Source: Patescibacteria group bacterium (GTDB taxonomy: Bacteria; Patescibacteriota; Patescibacteriia; UBA9570). Taken from it: a stretch of DNA of 64,000 nucleotides. The notes below the pieces were generated by a model. It was not told the DNA's origin. It did no database searches and saw only the letters and a list, made by a program, of their open reading frames with translations. Shown piece after piece: positions 27,375 through 38,500 of this stretch (within the stretch, counting starts at the first letter, position 1; every line of letters starts with the position of its first letter). Where the stretch lies: positions 290,268 to 354,267 of the forward strand of contig JBAZWO010000001.1 of assembly GCA_041660305.1 (NCBI GenBank), written 5' to 3'. A program made the translations under genes and the position numbers.

Positions 27375-27415
27375 GTCTTGAACTATGATTTTTGTGATTA
27401 TTGAATCACTGAGAA
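27375..27415. promoter_or_regulatory. Conserved ~42-bp element, copy 1 (abuts the pilA -35)
   Basis: GTCTTGAACTATGATTTTTGTGATTATTGAATCACTGAGAA. The 16-bp core is identical in all three copies. Confidence 0.6.
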
Positions 27416-27449
27416 TTCTGAAAAATACTGACAATGCTGATAATACAAA

Positions 27450-28124
27450 TTAATTTAATTTTAATATCCGCTTAGTCACAACTGGTATTTCTTTTTGAAA
27501 ATATTTTTTTACTTGCGCCCAGGTAGTATCAAAAAATATTTCAGGCATTGGATCAATTTCCGCATCTGCAAAATACATTAAACTTTTCATAATATGATGA
27601 TAATCATGTGCCACCGTAGGATATTGCCTTGCTACACGTAAAATAATATCAAACAGGGATTCACAATGATGTAAATACCAATACAAATCAAAAAAATCAC
27701 GTTTTTTACCACGTTGGCTAATAGCTATTATTTTCATTACCGCAATATCACGCTTATCCACTATTGCCACATTACCAAAGTACAAAACTGGTTGCTCTGG
27801 AATAAAAAATGGATAGGCAATAAAACTAATTTTAGCATTATATAAACGTCCGTACACCGTTCCTTCTTCATTTACATCAGTATGCCAGATAGTTCCAGGA
27901 AAGTGTTTTAATAACACCGTTGTACGAAAATCTTTTTTTGGTAGAAAAAAATCAAGATCAAGTGATAAACGATGACCTACTTGTAATGTTAAGGCTGTGC
28001 CACCAGCTAAATACCAATCAGTGCCTTTTAACCAAGACTGGTTTGATAAATACTCCAAAGCCAGTCTGGTGTTTTTTGGAATATTATTAAGATGCCAGAT
28101 TATGTTTTGCTTAGTGCTAGCCAT
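27450..28124 (-). CDS. Nucleotidyltransferase AbiEii/AbiGii-family toxin (type IV TA)
   Basis: 224 aa with the hallmark LAGGTALTLQVGHRLSLDLDFF. Confidence 0.8.
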   Translation of the reverse strand: MASTKQNIIWHLNNIPKNTRLALEYLSNQSWLKGTDWYLAGGTALTLQVGHRLSLDLDFFLPKKDFRTTVLLKHFPGTIWHTDVNEEGTVYGRLYNAKISFIAYPFFIPEQPVLYFGNVAIVDKRDIAVMKIIAISQRGKKRDFFDLYWYLHHCESLFDIILRVARQYPTVAHDYHHIMKSLMYFADAEIDPMPEIFFDTTWAQVKKYFQKEIPVVTKRILKLN

Positions 28125-28351
28125 AACAAACGAGTTTTGTCTCGTAAAGATCGTGATTGTTTAGCGACATCGACCAACAGAGTATGAGAGTAAGTCTGCC
28201 ACATCCAGCGAGCTTCTTTATCTGTACCAAAATCCATAATCCGTTCAATAACGTAACGAGCATGTTTTTTTGGGTTAATAGTTTTTGGATCCACATCCCA
28301 AAACAAAGTTTTCCGCCGTGGCATTTTTTGTAACATGTTAGAAGATTTCAT
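28100..28351 (-). CDS. Small upstream partner of the AbiEii toxin (candidate antitoxin)
   Basis: 83 aa, overlapping the toxin gene by 25 nt. It contains FWDVDPKTINPKKHARYVIERIMDFG. I could recognise no wHTH, so the role is inferred from position. Confidence 0.45.
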   Translation of the reverse strand: MKSSNMLQKMPRRKTLFWDVDPKTINPKKHARYVIERIMDFGTDKEARWMWQTYSHTLLVDVAKQSRSLRDKTRLLWLALSKT

Positions 28352-28357
28352 ACCCTA

Positions 28358-28386
28358 ATTATAGCACGTTTTATGATTTTTTCATA
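28358..28386 (-). promoter_or_regulatory. TA-pair promoter candidate; TATAAT 6 nt upstream of the ATG (leaderless candidate)
   Basis: The minus strand reads GTGCTATAATTAGGGT-ATG. The -35 position coincides with the distal half of element copy 2. Confidence 0.4.
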
Positions 28387-28421
28387 GTCTTCATTTAATC
28401 AAACTAATCATAGTTCAAGAC
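28381..28421. promoter_or_regulatory. Conserved ~42-bp element, copy 2 (inverted orientation)
   Basis: Its reverse complement reads GTCTTGAACTATGATTAGTTTGATTAAATGAAGACTATGAA. It lies 6 bp downstream of the pilC stop. Confidence 0.6.
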
Positions 28422-28426
28422 AATTT

Positions 28427-29638
28427 TTACTGCATATTACTACTAGCCGTATAGATTGGCATTAAAATTCCTGTTACCATAATACCAGCACCAATACCAA
28501 GAGCAATAATAACTACCGGCTCAATTAAGCTGGTTAACGTAGCTAACATGCCATCAACTTCTCGCGTATAAAATTGCGCCAATTTATTTAACACTTCATC
28601 TAACCTACCAGTTTCTTCTCCCACCGTCATCATTTGTGGCATAATTACTGGAATATTTTTATCATGCATAAACACTGTAGCAATAGAATTGCCCCCTTCT
28701 ACTTCTTTAACCGCTTTTCTAATTAATGTTTGGTATACTAAATTATCTACCACATCAGCAGAAATTTCCAACGATTTAGTTACTGGCACACCACTGGATA
28801 ATAAACTAGATAAACTAATGGCAAAACGAGTAAGCGCAATTTGTTGATATAATTTCCCCAACACCGGAATTTTCAGCTTCCATTGATCTAAATAATAAGC
28901 CCCCTGGTCAGTTCTAGCAAAGGCCGCCACTGCTACAATAATCAAAGCTAACAAAAATAAAATTAACCACCAATAATGTGCTAAAATATAGCTAGTACTT
29001 AATAAAATTTTGGTAGTCCAGGGTAATTCAGAACCACTTTGAGTAATAACTTCTGCCAATTTTGGCACTACATAAATCATCATAATAGCACCAATCACAA
29101 CCATAGCACTGATAATCACAATTGGATAAATCATGGCGCCACGAATGCGACTTTTTAAGCTGTAATCTTTTTCTTTTTGTTCAGCTAAATACTCTAATAC
29201 TTTATCTAAACGACCAGTGGTTTCACCGGCTTTAATCATGTTTACAAAAAATTGATCAAATATTTTTGGATACCGCGCCATGGCTACTGATAATTTAGCA
29301 CCGCCTTCTACTGCAGCCGCAATATCAGCCACCGCTAATTTAAACGTTGGATTATCAATTTGTTTGGTAAGAGTTTTTAACGCTCGTACCACCGGAATAG
29401 AAGCATTAATTAATACCGCAAATTGTCGGGCAAAAAATGCTATCTCTTTTACACTCACATGTGCCAACCAACTTTTTATGGTGTTAACTAAAATTGATTG
29501 CGGTTGTTCTTTTACAGCTATAACAATTAATTGTCGATCTTGTAATAATTGTTGCGCATCACTTAGCGTATTAGCCTCTACCGTGCCACTAACTGTTTGA
29601 CCGGTTTGATACTTGGCTGTGTAGGTAAAATTTGCCAT
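28427..29638 (-). CDS. pilC: Type IV pilus platform protein PilC (GspF family)
   Basis: 403 aa with a duplicated GspF-type domain and three TM segments. Confidence 0.9.
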   Translation of the reverse strand: MANFTYTAKYQTGQTVSGTVEANTLSDAQQLLQDRQLIVIAVKEQPQSILVNTIKSWLAHVSVKEIAFFARQFAVLINASIPVVRALKTLTKQIDNPTFKLAVADIAAAVEGGAKLSVAMARYPKIFDQFFVNMIKAGETTGRLDKVLEYLAEQKEKDYSLKSRIRGAMIYPIVIISAMVVIGAIMMIYVVPKLAEVITQSGSELPWTTKILLSTSYILAHYWWLILFLLALIIVAVAAFARTDQGAYYLDQWKLKIPVLGKLYQQIALTRFAISLSSLLSSGVPVTKSLEISADVVDNLVYQTLIRKAVKEVEGGNSIATVFMHDKNIPVIMPQMMTVGEETGRLDEVLNKLAQFYTREVDGMLATLTSLIEPVVIIALGIGAGIMVTGILMPIYTASSNMQ

Positions 29639-29653
29639 GGTAATATGATTAAA

Positions 29654-31390
29654 TTATGTTTTAGTGGCATTCCACACTTCTTCTAAAGTAGTTAAACCAC
29701 GAAATACTTTTATTAAACCATCTTGCCGTAAAGTGAACATACCTTGTCGTTCTCCTTCAACTTGCATAACAGCGCTATCAGACCCTTGTTTTTCGCCAAT
29801 AATTTTACTAAGTGTTTTGGTGTTTTCTAACACTTCGTTAATAGCAATTCTACCATGATAACCGGTTCCCTCACAATAATTACAACCCGCTCCTTTAAAC
29901 GCTTTAAACGGTGGAAATAATTTAACATTGGTGGGCAAAAAACGCTTGGGCATTTGTTTTATTTCGGTAATAATTTCCTGTTCCGCGTCTTTGTGTAATT
30001 CCACTGGCTGCCGACAATGTTCACAAATTTTTCGTACTAAACGTTGTGCTACCACCACATTCAGCGCACTAGCAATTAAAAACGGCTCTACTCCCATATC
30101 CATTAACCGAGGAATCGCTCCAAAAGCATCATTAGTATGCAAAGTAGATAGTACCATATGTCCAGTTAAGGCAGCGTGCACGGCTAATTCAGCTGTTTCG
30201 TTATCACGAATTTCTCCTACCATCACTATATCCGGATCTTGCCGCAATACCGAGCGTAACCCCGTAGCAAAAGTTAAACCAATTTCTGGCTTCATTTGTG
30301 ATTGAGCAATCCCCGGTAAATTATATTCTACTGGGTCTTCCAAAGTAATAATATTTACCCCTTCTTTATTAATAATAGAAATCATGGAATAAAGCGTGGT
30401 GCTTTTTCCAGAACCAGTTGGACCAGTAACTAATAATAAACCATGTGGCCGATTTAGGTGTTGTGATATACGTTCTAAATTACGATCTTGAAAACCTAAT
30501 GACACTAAACTAAGAATACTAGCTGACGTATCTAAAATACGTAATACTACTTTTTCATTATTTAGCAAGGGCAAAGTTGATACGCGAAACTCAATATCCC
30601 GTCCATCCACCTTCATTTTAAAACGACCATCTTGTGGTAACCGGCTTTCATCTAATTTTAGATTGGCTAATACTTTAATGCGTGCAATTAACGCTTTATG
30701 CACTTTAATGGGTAACACTAAAGAAGTGTGTAAAATGCCGTCTACTCTATAACGTACTCGCGTTTCATCGTTTACTGGCTCAATATGCACATCGGAAGCG
30801 GCGCCTTCAATAGCGTGTTTTAAAATTACCGAAATCATTTTCGATACTGGCGCGGTTTTAATCACTTCTTTACTATCTTCTTCCGGTAAATCAAAATCCA
30901 CATCACCAATATCCGCTGTAGCTAAAGCTTCTTCTACGGCAATATTTAAATTTTCATATTGCTGTAAAACATGTTTTAAACTAGTTACGGTTGTAAGATA
31001 ATATTTAAAACGCCATTTTTGTTGTTGTCCAATAAAATCCAATACTTCTACCGCGCGATAATCTTCTGGATGTAAGCAGGCTACGCTAACCTCTCCTGCG
31101 GCCAATTTAAACGGCACTAATTGGTAATTCTCGGCAGTTTCTTGCGGAATAGTTTTTAATACATCAGCGGCCACCTGTTGTTTTGTTAAATCAATGGCTG
31201 GCAACTTTAATATTTCGGCTTTAATAGCTAAGAGCGTTTCTTCGGGCACTAAATTATTTTGTTCAACAACAGTTAAAGCGGCGGCTTTATTATTATTGCT
31301 TTGCTGTAAAACCTGCTGAATCTGCTCGGCGGTTAATAATTGTTTAGCTTGTAAGATATCTAAAACTTGTGTAGCAAAATCAGCCCCCAT
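29654..31390 (-). CDS. pilB: Type IV pilus assembly ATPase PilB (GspE family)
   Basis: 578 aa with Walker A GPTGSGKSTT, Asp/His boxes and the tetracysteine motif CEHC...CNYCEGTG. Confidence 0.92.
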   Translation of the reverse strand: MGADFATQVLDILQAKQLLTAEQIQQVLQQSNNNKAAALTVVEQNNLVPEETLLAIKAEILKLPAIDLTKQQVAADVLKTIPQETAENYQLVPFKLAAGEVSVACLHPEDYRAVEVLDFIGQQQKWRFKYYLTTVTSLKHVLQQYENLNIAVEEALATADIGDVDFDLPEEDSKEVIKTAPVSKMISVILKHAIEGAASDVHIEPVNDETRVRYRVDGILHTSLVLPIKVHKALIARIKVLANLKLDESRLPQDGRFKMKVDGRDIEFRVSTLPLLNNEKVVLRILDTSASILSLVSLGFQDRNLERISQHLNRPHGLLLVTGPTGSGKSTTLYSMISIINKEGVNIITLEDPVEYNLPGIAQSQMKPEIGLTFATGLRSVLRQDPDIVMVGEIRDNETAELAVHAALTGHMVLSTLHTNDAFGAIPRLMDMGVEPFLIASALNVVVAQRLVRKICEHCRQPVELHKDAEQEIITEIKQMPKRFLPTNVKLFPPFKAFKGAGCNYCEGTGYHGRIAINEVLENTKTLSKIIGEKQGSDSAVMQVEGERQGMFTLRQDGLIKVFRGLTTLEEVWNATKT

Positions 31391-31396
31391 AAATAA

Positions 31397-32293
31397 TTAT
31401 AAATTGGTAATAAATGGTTGCGCGTTACCATAAGGTGCTAGCGCATAATTTTTAGCTGATTCATTACCAGCTTCATCTGTAGCCGTAACACTATAATAAT
31501 ATGTTATACCGGCTTGCTCAGTACTGTCTAACCAAGTAGTACTGGTAGCAGTGGTAGTAGTTATAACTTCTCCGGCTAAACCAGGCTGTTCCGAACGATA
31601 AATATTATATTGCACCACATCGTTTTCCGGAGTAGCTTGCCAAGTAATTTCAATAGCCGTTGGATTAGCAGCGCTAACCTTAACCGCGGTTAAGGCTGGA
31701 GCTATCGGTGCTATACTATCAGTAATGGTAACCATATATGTTTCCGATAACGCCGAGGTTTTTACAGAACCATCCGCTAATTGCCGATAAGTTTGTGCCG
31801 TATAATAATACACTTGATTATTAGTTACGGTATTATCATGATAATTTCCATTAACCTGCTTAACCTTAGTTAGCTCGGTGCCAGGTACATTAACTTCATT
31901 AGACCGATAAATAATAATTCCATCATAATCATTCGTTTCTCCAAACCATTCAATAAAGGCTTGCTGTCCAAAACCAGTATCCTGTACTGTTACCATCATT
32001 GGTAAAGCTGGCGTTGGATAGGGGTGGGCTCGTGCCGCTAATTGTTCTAAATAAGCCCCTTTATTAAATTGCTTTAAACGATATACTTGCGCCGTAGCTA
32101 AAGAATCAAGTGGTAAATTTTTTACAATGGCCGCATTAACCATTTGCTGTTGACTACTTACTTGTCCACTAATCATTTGCTCTTGTACAGCGCTGTATTG
32201 TTTAATCCACCAAACTACCGCCGCCAATATTAACAATAGTCCAATTAAAACTAGCGTAGCCCGAGTGATATAAGTGCGTATATCTTGTTTCAT
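31397..32293 (-). CDS. Membrane-anchored protein with two fibronectin-III-like domains
   Basis: 298 aa with an N-terminal TM helix and FN3-like endings YYYTAQTY and YYYSVTATDEAGNES. Confidence 0.5.
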   Translation of the reverse strand: MKQDIRTYITRATLVLIGLLLILAAVVWWIKQYSAVQEQMISGQVSSQQQMVNAAIVKNLPLDSLATAQVYRLKQFNKGAYLEQLAARAHPYPTPALPMMVTVQDTGFGQQAFIEWFGETNDYDGIIIYRSNEVNVPGTELTKVKQVNGNYHDNTVTNNQVYYYTAQTYRQLADGSVKTSALSETYMVTITDSIAPIAPALTAVKVSAANPTAIEITWQATPENDVVQYNIYRSEQPGLAGEVITTTTATSTTWLDSTEQAGITYYYSVTATDEAGNESAKNYALAPYGNAQPFITNL

Positions 32294-32907
32294 GGCGTAG
32301 TTAAATTACGTTGATAAACCTGTAATAACAAGGTGAAACTATCGGCTCCCGGACTATATGATAACGAGCTTAATTCTAATATCCGAGCATTATTTTCTAG
32401 TTGCTGCAATAATTTCTTAAAATCTTCATAATTAGTATTATTGCCCACGATATTAACCGTTACTTGCGTACGCGTAAAACCTTTTGGCACACCGGTATTA
32501 TTTGTTGCTCCGCTTGCCGGACTTGTAGTAGGACTAGTTGGTGCAGTATTAGCAATATTAATGCTTTGCACAGTAAAATTAGTCTTGCTAAACACTGCTT
32601 CAATTTCGGCAAATAATTGCTCGGTTGTAGCTGCCGGCAAAACCTGATTAACCACCACGAGCAATCGTTTATCCAATTGTTGATAATATTGCTCCATAGT
32701 TTTTAAATCTGCTAAATATTGTTGGCGTTGCTCTAACACAGTTACGGATTGTTGGTAAGTTTGCTTGCCAGAATTTTGAAATTTTACATATTGCGGATAA
32801 ATAATAAAATATCCACCAAATAAAATAAGTACTCCAAATATAATGGCTAAACTATAAGCAAAATATTTATCTACTATTTGATATATTTTATTTTTTGAAA
32901 TATCCAT
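32290..32907 (-). CDS. pilO: PilO-like pilus alignment protein
   Basis: 205 aa with a single TM helix, a coiled-coil and a small C-terminal domain, positioned after pilN. Confidence 0.55.
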   Translation of the reverse strand: MDISKNKIYQIVDKYFAYSLAIIFGVLILFGGYFIIYPQYVKFQNSGKQTYQQSVTVLEQRQQYLADLKTMEQYYQQLDKRLLVVVNQVLPAATTEQLFAEIEAVFSKTNFTVQSINIANTAPTSPTTSPASGATNNTGVPKGFTRTQVTVNIVGNNTNYEDFKKLLQQLENNARILELSSLSYSPGADSFTLLLQVYQRNLTTP

Positions 32908-34420
32908 TATGATAGAAAGTTAATACTTCGGGATTCAGCTGTAAACTAATATTAAATGTTACTACTCCATTATTTACCACTGGAGTTACTGGAACAGTTG
33001 CAGCGGTAGTTTTAGTTACAGCTGATTCAACACCACTAGTAGCCGTAACTACTTGAACCGATTGAATGTATTTATCGGCCTGTTTAAAAACTGCTAATTG
33101 ATGACTAATACTGGCATAATCCGAAGTAACTGCTTGCAATGTAACTACCCCTTTTTCATCCGCATTAACCAAAGTAAAATAAACATTAGGTAATGTATAC
33201 TGTTCTAATATAGTAAAAATATTAGTCCAATAATGATGTTGCTCCAAGGCCTGATTAACTGTAGTAATTTGGTTAGTTAAATTATTAATATTTTGTTGCA
33301 ATGGCTGATAAGCTACAATATTAGTTTCTAATGCTGTAATTTGTTCTAAATTAGCATTGGTACGTAACACATAATATGTTTGATAGCCCAATAATAATAA
33401 ATAACCAACTGCCAAACTCACCACCGCTAACAATCCTGTATTAATTAATTGCTGAATTTTATGAACCAATGGGGTTAAAGTAATACGAAAATGCGGTAAT
33501 AAATTAATATGCAGTAAATTGGCTGACACTTTATCTGGGTTAGTAGTTTGTCCGGCAAATTCAGCTACATTTTGTGCTCGTACATCACCTAGCTGAGTTT
33601 TTTGTGCCACCGCTGGTTTTAAAACAGTTTTATCAACTTTATCACTATTTTTATCACTCAGCTTACTTTGATTATTATTTTGAATAACAGTGGCTGTTGC
33701 TTTGTTACTAACTGTTCTAAGGCTAGCCGGTACACCTTTTAATGGAGCTAGTGGTGCTGGTGGTAATGTTTTAATAGCTACCGGCTTTGGCATTGGTACT
33801 GGCACAGGAATTTTTGACGCAATAATTGTTGGCGGTGCTGGTGGTGCAGGAATAACACGCAGGGCGGTTATTGTTTGCGTAGTAACACTGTGCGGAGCTG
33901 GTTTAATTTTCATTAACACGGTTTTTTCAGGCTTTTTTACCACGTTAATTGGAACTGATTGTATTTTTGGAATAATTGAAATAGCGGGAGTAGTTGTTAC
34001 AACTGGTTGACTAGCTTGATTAATAATAGGCTGATTAACGGTAGTTTTAGTTAACGGTTGTAACGAAGGGGCTAACTTAGTAGCTGTTTTTTCAATCACT
34101 ATATCATGAACTGGCATTACATTGGCCTGAGTAAGTGTATTGTTCGCTGTTTGAATAGGAGTAATCTCTGGTTTAGCTTGAGCTTGTGCTTGATTGCTAG
34201 CTGGAGCGTTTGACGCTGGTAGAGGACTCATTAACTTTACTGGCACCACTGGCGTAGCTGCTGATACTACATGTTTACGTTTACCTTTAAACCAATCTAA
34301 CCAACCACGCAAAGAGCGCTTGGATTGATTAGGGGTGGTATATTCCACAGCATAATGCTTCGGCTTAGTAGTAGCTGAATTATTATTGCCGCTTTGTTTT
34401 ACAAAATTTATATCACTCAT
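32888..34420 (-). CDS. pilN: PilN-like protein with ~300-aa Pro/Ala/Thr/Val-rich N-terminal extension
   Basis: 510 aa. The conserved PilN motif INLLP (LLHINLLPHF) and the TM helix occur only around residue 300. The preceding region is low complexity. Confidence 0.6.
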   Translation of the reverse strand: MSDINFVKQSGNNNSATTKPKHYAVEYTTPNQSKRSLRGWLDWFKGKRKHVVSAATPVVPVKLMSPLPASNAPASNQAQAQAKPEITPIQTANNTLTQANVMPVHDIVIEKTATKLAPSLQPLTKTTVNQPIINQASQPVVTTTPAISIIPKIQSVPINVVKKPEKTVLMKIKPAPHSVTTQTITALRVIPAPPAPPTIIASKIPVPVPMPKPVAIKTLPPAPLAPLKGVPASLRTVSNKATATVIQNNNQSKLSDKNSDKVDKTVLKPAVAQKTQLGDVRAQNVAEFAGQTTNPDKVSANLLHINLLPHFRITLTPLVHKIQQLINTGLLAVVSLAVGYLLLLGYQTYYVLRTNANLEQITALETNIVAYQPLQQNINNLTNQITTVNQALEQHHYWTNIFTILEQYTLPNVYFTLVNADEKGVVTLQAVTSDYASISHQLAVFKQADKYIQSVQVVTATSGVESAVTKTTAATVPVTPVVNNGVVTFNISLQLNPEVLTFYHNGYFKK

Positions 34421-34436
34421 TAGACTATAAGCTATT

Positions 34437-35558
34437 TTATACTATTTCACGCATCGCTAAACCAATGGCCACCGATAAACGTGGGCCAATTTCGCTAAGC
34501 ACAGATTTTAATTCTACCGGATACACCACTCTAGCCCAAGGATCACCAATTACTACTTTCATATTTAAAACTTGCGACAAATATTGTGGTAAATTAGGTA
34601 ACCAAGCTGAGCCACCAGTTAGAATTATTTTTTCAATTTGATAACTGCTCTGATTATGATAAAGATTCAACACATACCGAATTTCGTTCACTACTGAGGC
34701 TACCATAAATTCAATGCGTTTGGGAATTTGGTTGCCCGTAGCCGTAGACGGAATTAAACCAAAATCACGTTTAAATTGCTCGGCTCTATCTACATCTACA
34801 TTTAAACTAGTAGCCACGGTTTTAGTAATAGCCTGCCCGCCTAAATCGATGCTACGATTTACTACTGGCACGCTAGCTACTACTACCGAAATATTGGTAG
34901 TAGCCGAACCAATATCCACCATCATCATTGGCATTCGATCGTGTCCTACTAATGACCGTTCCATGGCAAAAGCTTCGGTTTCCAAACTAATCAAATTCAT
35001 TCCGGCCATCTTAAAAATATCAATGTAATGATTCACTAAATCAGCTGGTGCGGCCGTTAATAATATTTTGTGATACTTGCGTGGTTGACTAGTAATTTGT
35101 GCCTGATTATTACTATCATTAGCACTAACATTAGCCGCTGGCATAGCCCCAGCCATAAAACCTGGCTCGTTATCTAATAATTTCCAATCCAAGATCATTT
35201 TCTCAATCGGCATTGGTACAAATTTTTTCGCTTCCCATTGCACCGCGGCGTCCAATTCCCGCTTGTTCATTTCTGGTAACGTAATAACCGAAGAAAACAC
35301 CGTGTAACTAGGCAAGGCCGCTACCACATTATTAGTAGTAACTTTGGCTTTATCAGCCACTTGTTTAATAGTGGCCACAATGTTTTGTTTGGCTTCCGGA
35401 CTGTTAAATTTCAATAACTTGCTCGGCCGCTCAATATAACCATAGGTAACCAATTTTGGCCGCCCTTTATCATTGTGCAATTCCGCCATTTTTAAAGACG
35501 AACTGCCAATGTCGATACCAATGTAATTATCCGATAAATGTAATGCCATACTGCGCAT
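34437..35558 (-). CDS. pilM: Type IV pilus assembly protein PilM (actin-like ATPase fold)
   Basis: 373 aa with the IGIDIGSSSLKMAEL phosphate-1 motif and PilM-like length. Confidence 0.85.
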   Translation of the reverse strand: MRSMALHLSDNYIGIDIGSSSLKMAELHNDKGRPKLVTYGYIERPSKLLKFNSPEAKQNIVATIKQVADKAKVTTNNVVAALPSYTVFSSVITLPEMNKRELDAAVQWEAKKFVPMPIEKMILDWKLLDNEPGFMAGAMPAANVSANDSNNQAQITSQPRKYHKILLTAAPADLVNHYIDIFKMAGMNLISLETEAFAMERSLVGHDRMPMMMVDIGSATTNISVVVASVPVVNRSIDLGGQAITKTVATSLNVDVDRAEQFKRDFGLIPSTATGNQIPKRIEFMVASVVNEIRYVLNLYHNQSSYQIEKIILTGGSAWLPNLPQYLSQVLNMKVVIGDPWARVVYPVELKSVLSEIGPRLSVAIGLAMREIV

Positions 35559-35593
35559 TATTATAGCACAAAATATTACTTGGCGTCTATACG

Positions 35594-38500
35594 TTATTTT
35601 ATCGTTGGCAAACTTTTGCTTAAATCTTCCAGGCCAGGCGGTGGATTGGTAATTAAGCGGGTATCATAAATAATACGTTCAGAAGCTTTATTACCAGATT
35701 CTGTGCCGATATTTTTTCTACCAAAATTAAATTTACGCGCTAATACCAAACCTTTAATTTCCAGCTGCAACGTACTAGGGTCGGTAATAAACGTAGCAAT
35801 ACTATCATCCGTTGGATTATCTAACGCAATATATGCTCCAGCTAATTTTGTTACCGCTGGCTTAATAGTAATTTTACCAGTAGCAATCCAAGCTACGGAA
35901 GCAATATTATAAATATTGCTAATTGACGTATCATAATAAAACGAATTAGCCGCTATTTCTAAATCACCTTCTACTACAACAGTACCGGATCCTAACTTAT
36001 CTGGTGTATTAGCAAAAATTAAATTATTATTAATGATTAACTTATTGTTTATAGCATCTGTTTTACAATAATACACTTTACCGCCTAATGATATATGATT
36101 TATAGATAATGTATTTAAGGCATTCATTAATTCAATACAAGAATTATAAGCCGTGCCCTGTTGCTTGGCTTGTTCAATTAATTCACTTACATGTAAATCG
36201 CCAATACTGCCTCGATATACTTGTGTACTGTTATTAGTTGGTACATTAACATTTCCATACGCCGGATTTTTGGCATAGTCCGTAGCGTTTTTTTCAGCAA
36301 ACTCACTAGTAAACCCAGTGATGGTATCATTGGCTTGAATTAAATAAGTGGCATTATATTGTCCAACCGGAGGTGTAGTATTAGCCGTAAAGCCTTTTTT
36401 AGCATATACATCGCCATATAAAGTCTGTAACCAAGCTTTGGTAGCACTACTAACATCGGCATCAAAGCGCATCCAGCCTAAACCGCTACCAGTGATAAAA
36501 TTATTAGCACCATCTGTGCCATTGCCATTCCAACTAAATCCAGAAAACTGCCGAGCTGTGGTGTCATAGTATACTCCATAATTTCCGGTAACATTACCTG
36601 AACTATCTTTAACATCGCCACGCAATTTTACCCAACCCCAATCATTAACGTTATACAAATCTTTACCGTGATTACTAATACTTGTCCACCGTGCCCAACC
36701 ACTCACCACACCCGTACGTTCGTCCCAATAGGCTGTTTTGTCTACAAAATCAGGCTTACTAGTTAAATCTGGCTGAAATTCTAACCAACCTAATGTTTTA
36801 GCTTTATCAACAAACACGTCTGATACCGCATAATTCCCGACCCAAGCGAAACCTTTTATTAAACAATTCTCCGCGCAATCATCACCAATTTCTAATTGCA
36901 CACCGTATTTTGGCGTATCAGTTGCCACTGAATTTTCTGAAGCAAAACTAATAAACCCTACTCCACCACATTTACCTGGCAATAAAACACTTGGTACACA
37001 AGTTTCCTCCGCTGCATTGCCAATCCAGCCATAACCTTGGGCATTAGTATATAATGGAAATTGAATTACCTGCCAATACTGGTTGTTTAAATCGCTTTCA
37101 CCGTTTTCATCACTCCGCCAAAACGAAGCGGTAATTTTATCCTTGGCTGTTAATTGCGTTAACCAACGATTACGCGGAAACTCTTGTCCAGTACCTTTGG
37201 TAGTATTAGTAACAAACGCGAATGCTTTGTTGGTAGTATCTACCACTTTTGGTAAAGTAATTTCTTGATCATAGCGTTCGCCATCCGATTCAGTAGAGTT
37301 ATTTTCAACCACATTTTGCTGCGTAATTACAGTATTTTCCGGAAACGCAATCGCATAATAATTAATAGTGTTTACATATTCACCAGCTTCACTACGAGAA
37401 AACTCGGCTGTATTACCACCATCTGTGTTATTACAACCAACTGCTGCCGCGGCTATGCTATCTCCAGTAGTATTATAGGAACAATACAGCCATATCCTGT
37501 CTTGGCTGGCATTTAAACTATCAACGGTGGCAGAAACATCGCTAAAATTTGCTGGAATGGCTGTTTCGCCAGCTAGTATTTTTACATTCGAGGATTCAGA
37601 AAACGTTACTACTTCATAACGCGCCAAAGTGGTAGCTGTACTACCTCCACGAGCCACCTCTACAGTTTTATTATTTTTTAATTTACCAGTTACTAAACCA
37701 TTTTTTTCGGTAACTTGCGTATCGGCCGTACGAGAAGATACTAAAACCAGTGAGCGCGCGCTATCAACTATTGGAGTTAAATCGTTTGAATCGGCAAATG
37801 ATTCTTCATTATTAATAGTAATTTCACCGCGCTGCACCGAAAATTCATCTAGTTTACATTCCACTAACGTATATGATATTTGTGCCGTACCGGCCGTACC
37901 AATACGTTCAAACACTAATTCGGAAGCACTGGAAATATAACCACTCACCAAATGATCTGCAGCATTAACCACGTTACTATCTCCCGTACTGTTCACTAAC
38001 AAAAGCGCTTTGGTAATATTGGTTAACGACTTATCTAAAGTAACAGTCACACTGGTTTTATTTTCTCCGGTATCTGTGATGGTAGTTTCTCCTTGTTCTA
38101 CGCGGCACTGCGACCAATCAATTAATGGGACACTATTATTGGTAGTCTCTGCCGAACCGGTACCTTTTAGAGCAACACTTTGCAATTTTGGAGTAACCGC
38201 TGTATCACTAGTATTAAAAAATAATTTATATTGAATATATTGTTGTTTCATGTTTGCTAAAGCATAATAAGGCGCTCCATCAGCATTACTATCTAAATCA
38301 TTATAATAAGTACTGTCTCCATTGGGTCCAGTAAAGTTTTCTGTATCACAATTCACATCATCACACACTCGTAATTGCACGCCAAATTGCACTGCCCCCC
38401 TCATATACATATTTTCCACCTCCGTTGCAGACAATGCTCGCTTGAACACCGCCACTTCATCCATGTCGCCATAATATTGATTCTTGCCGGAAGTACCAAA

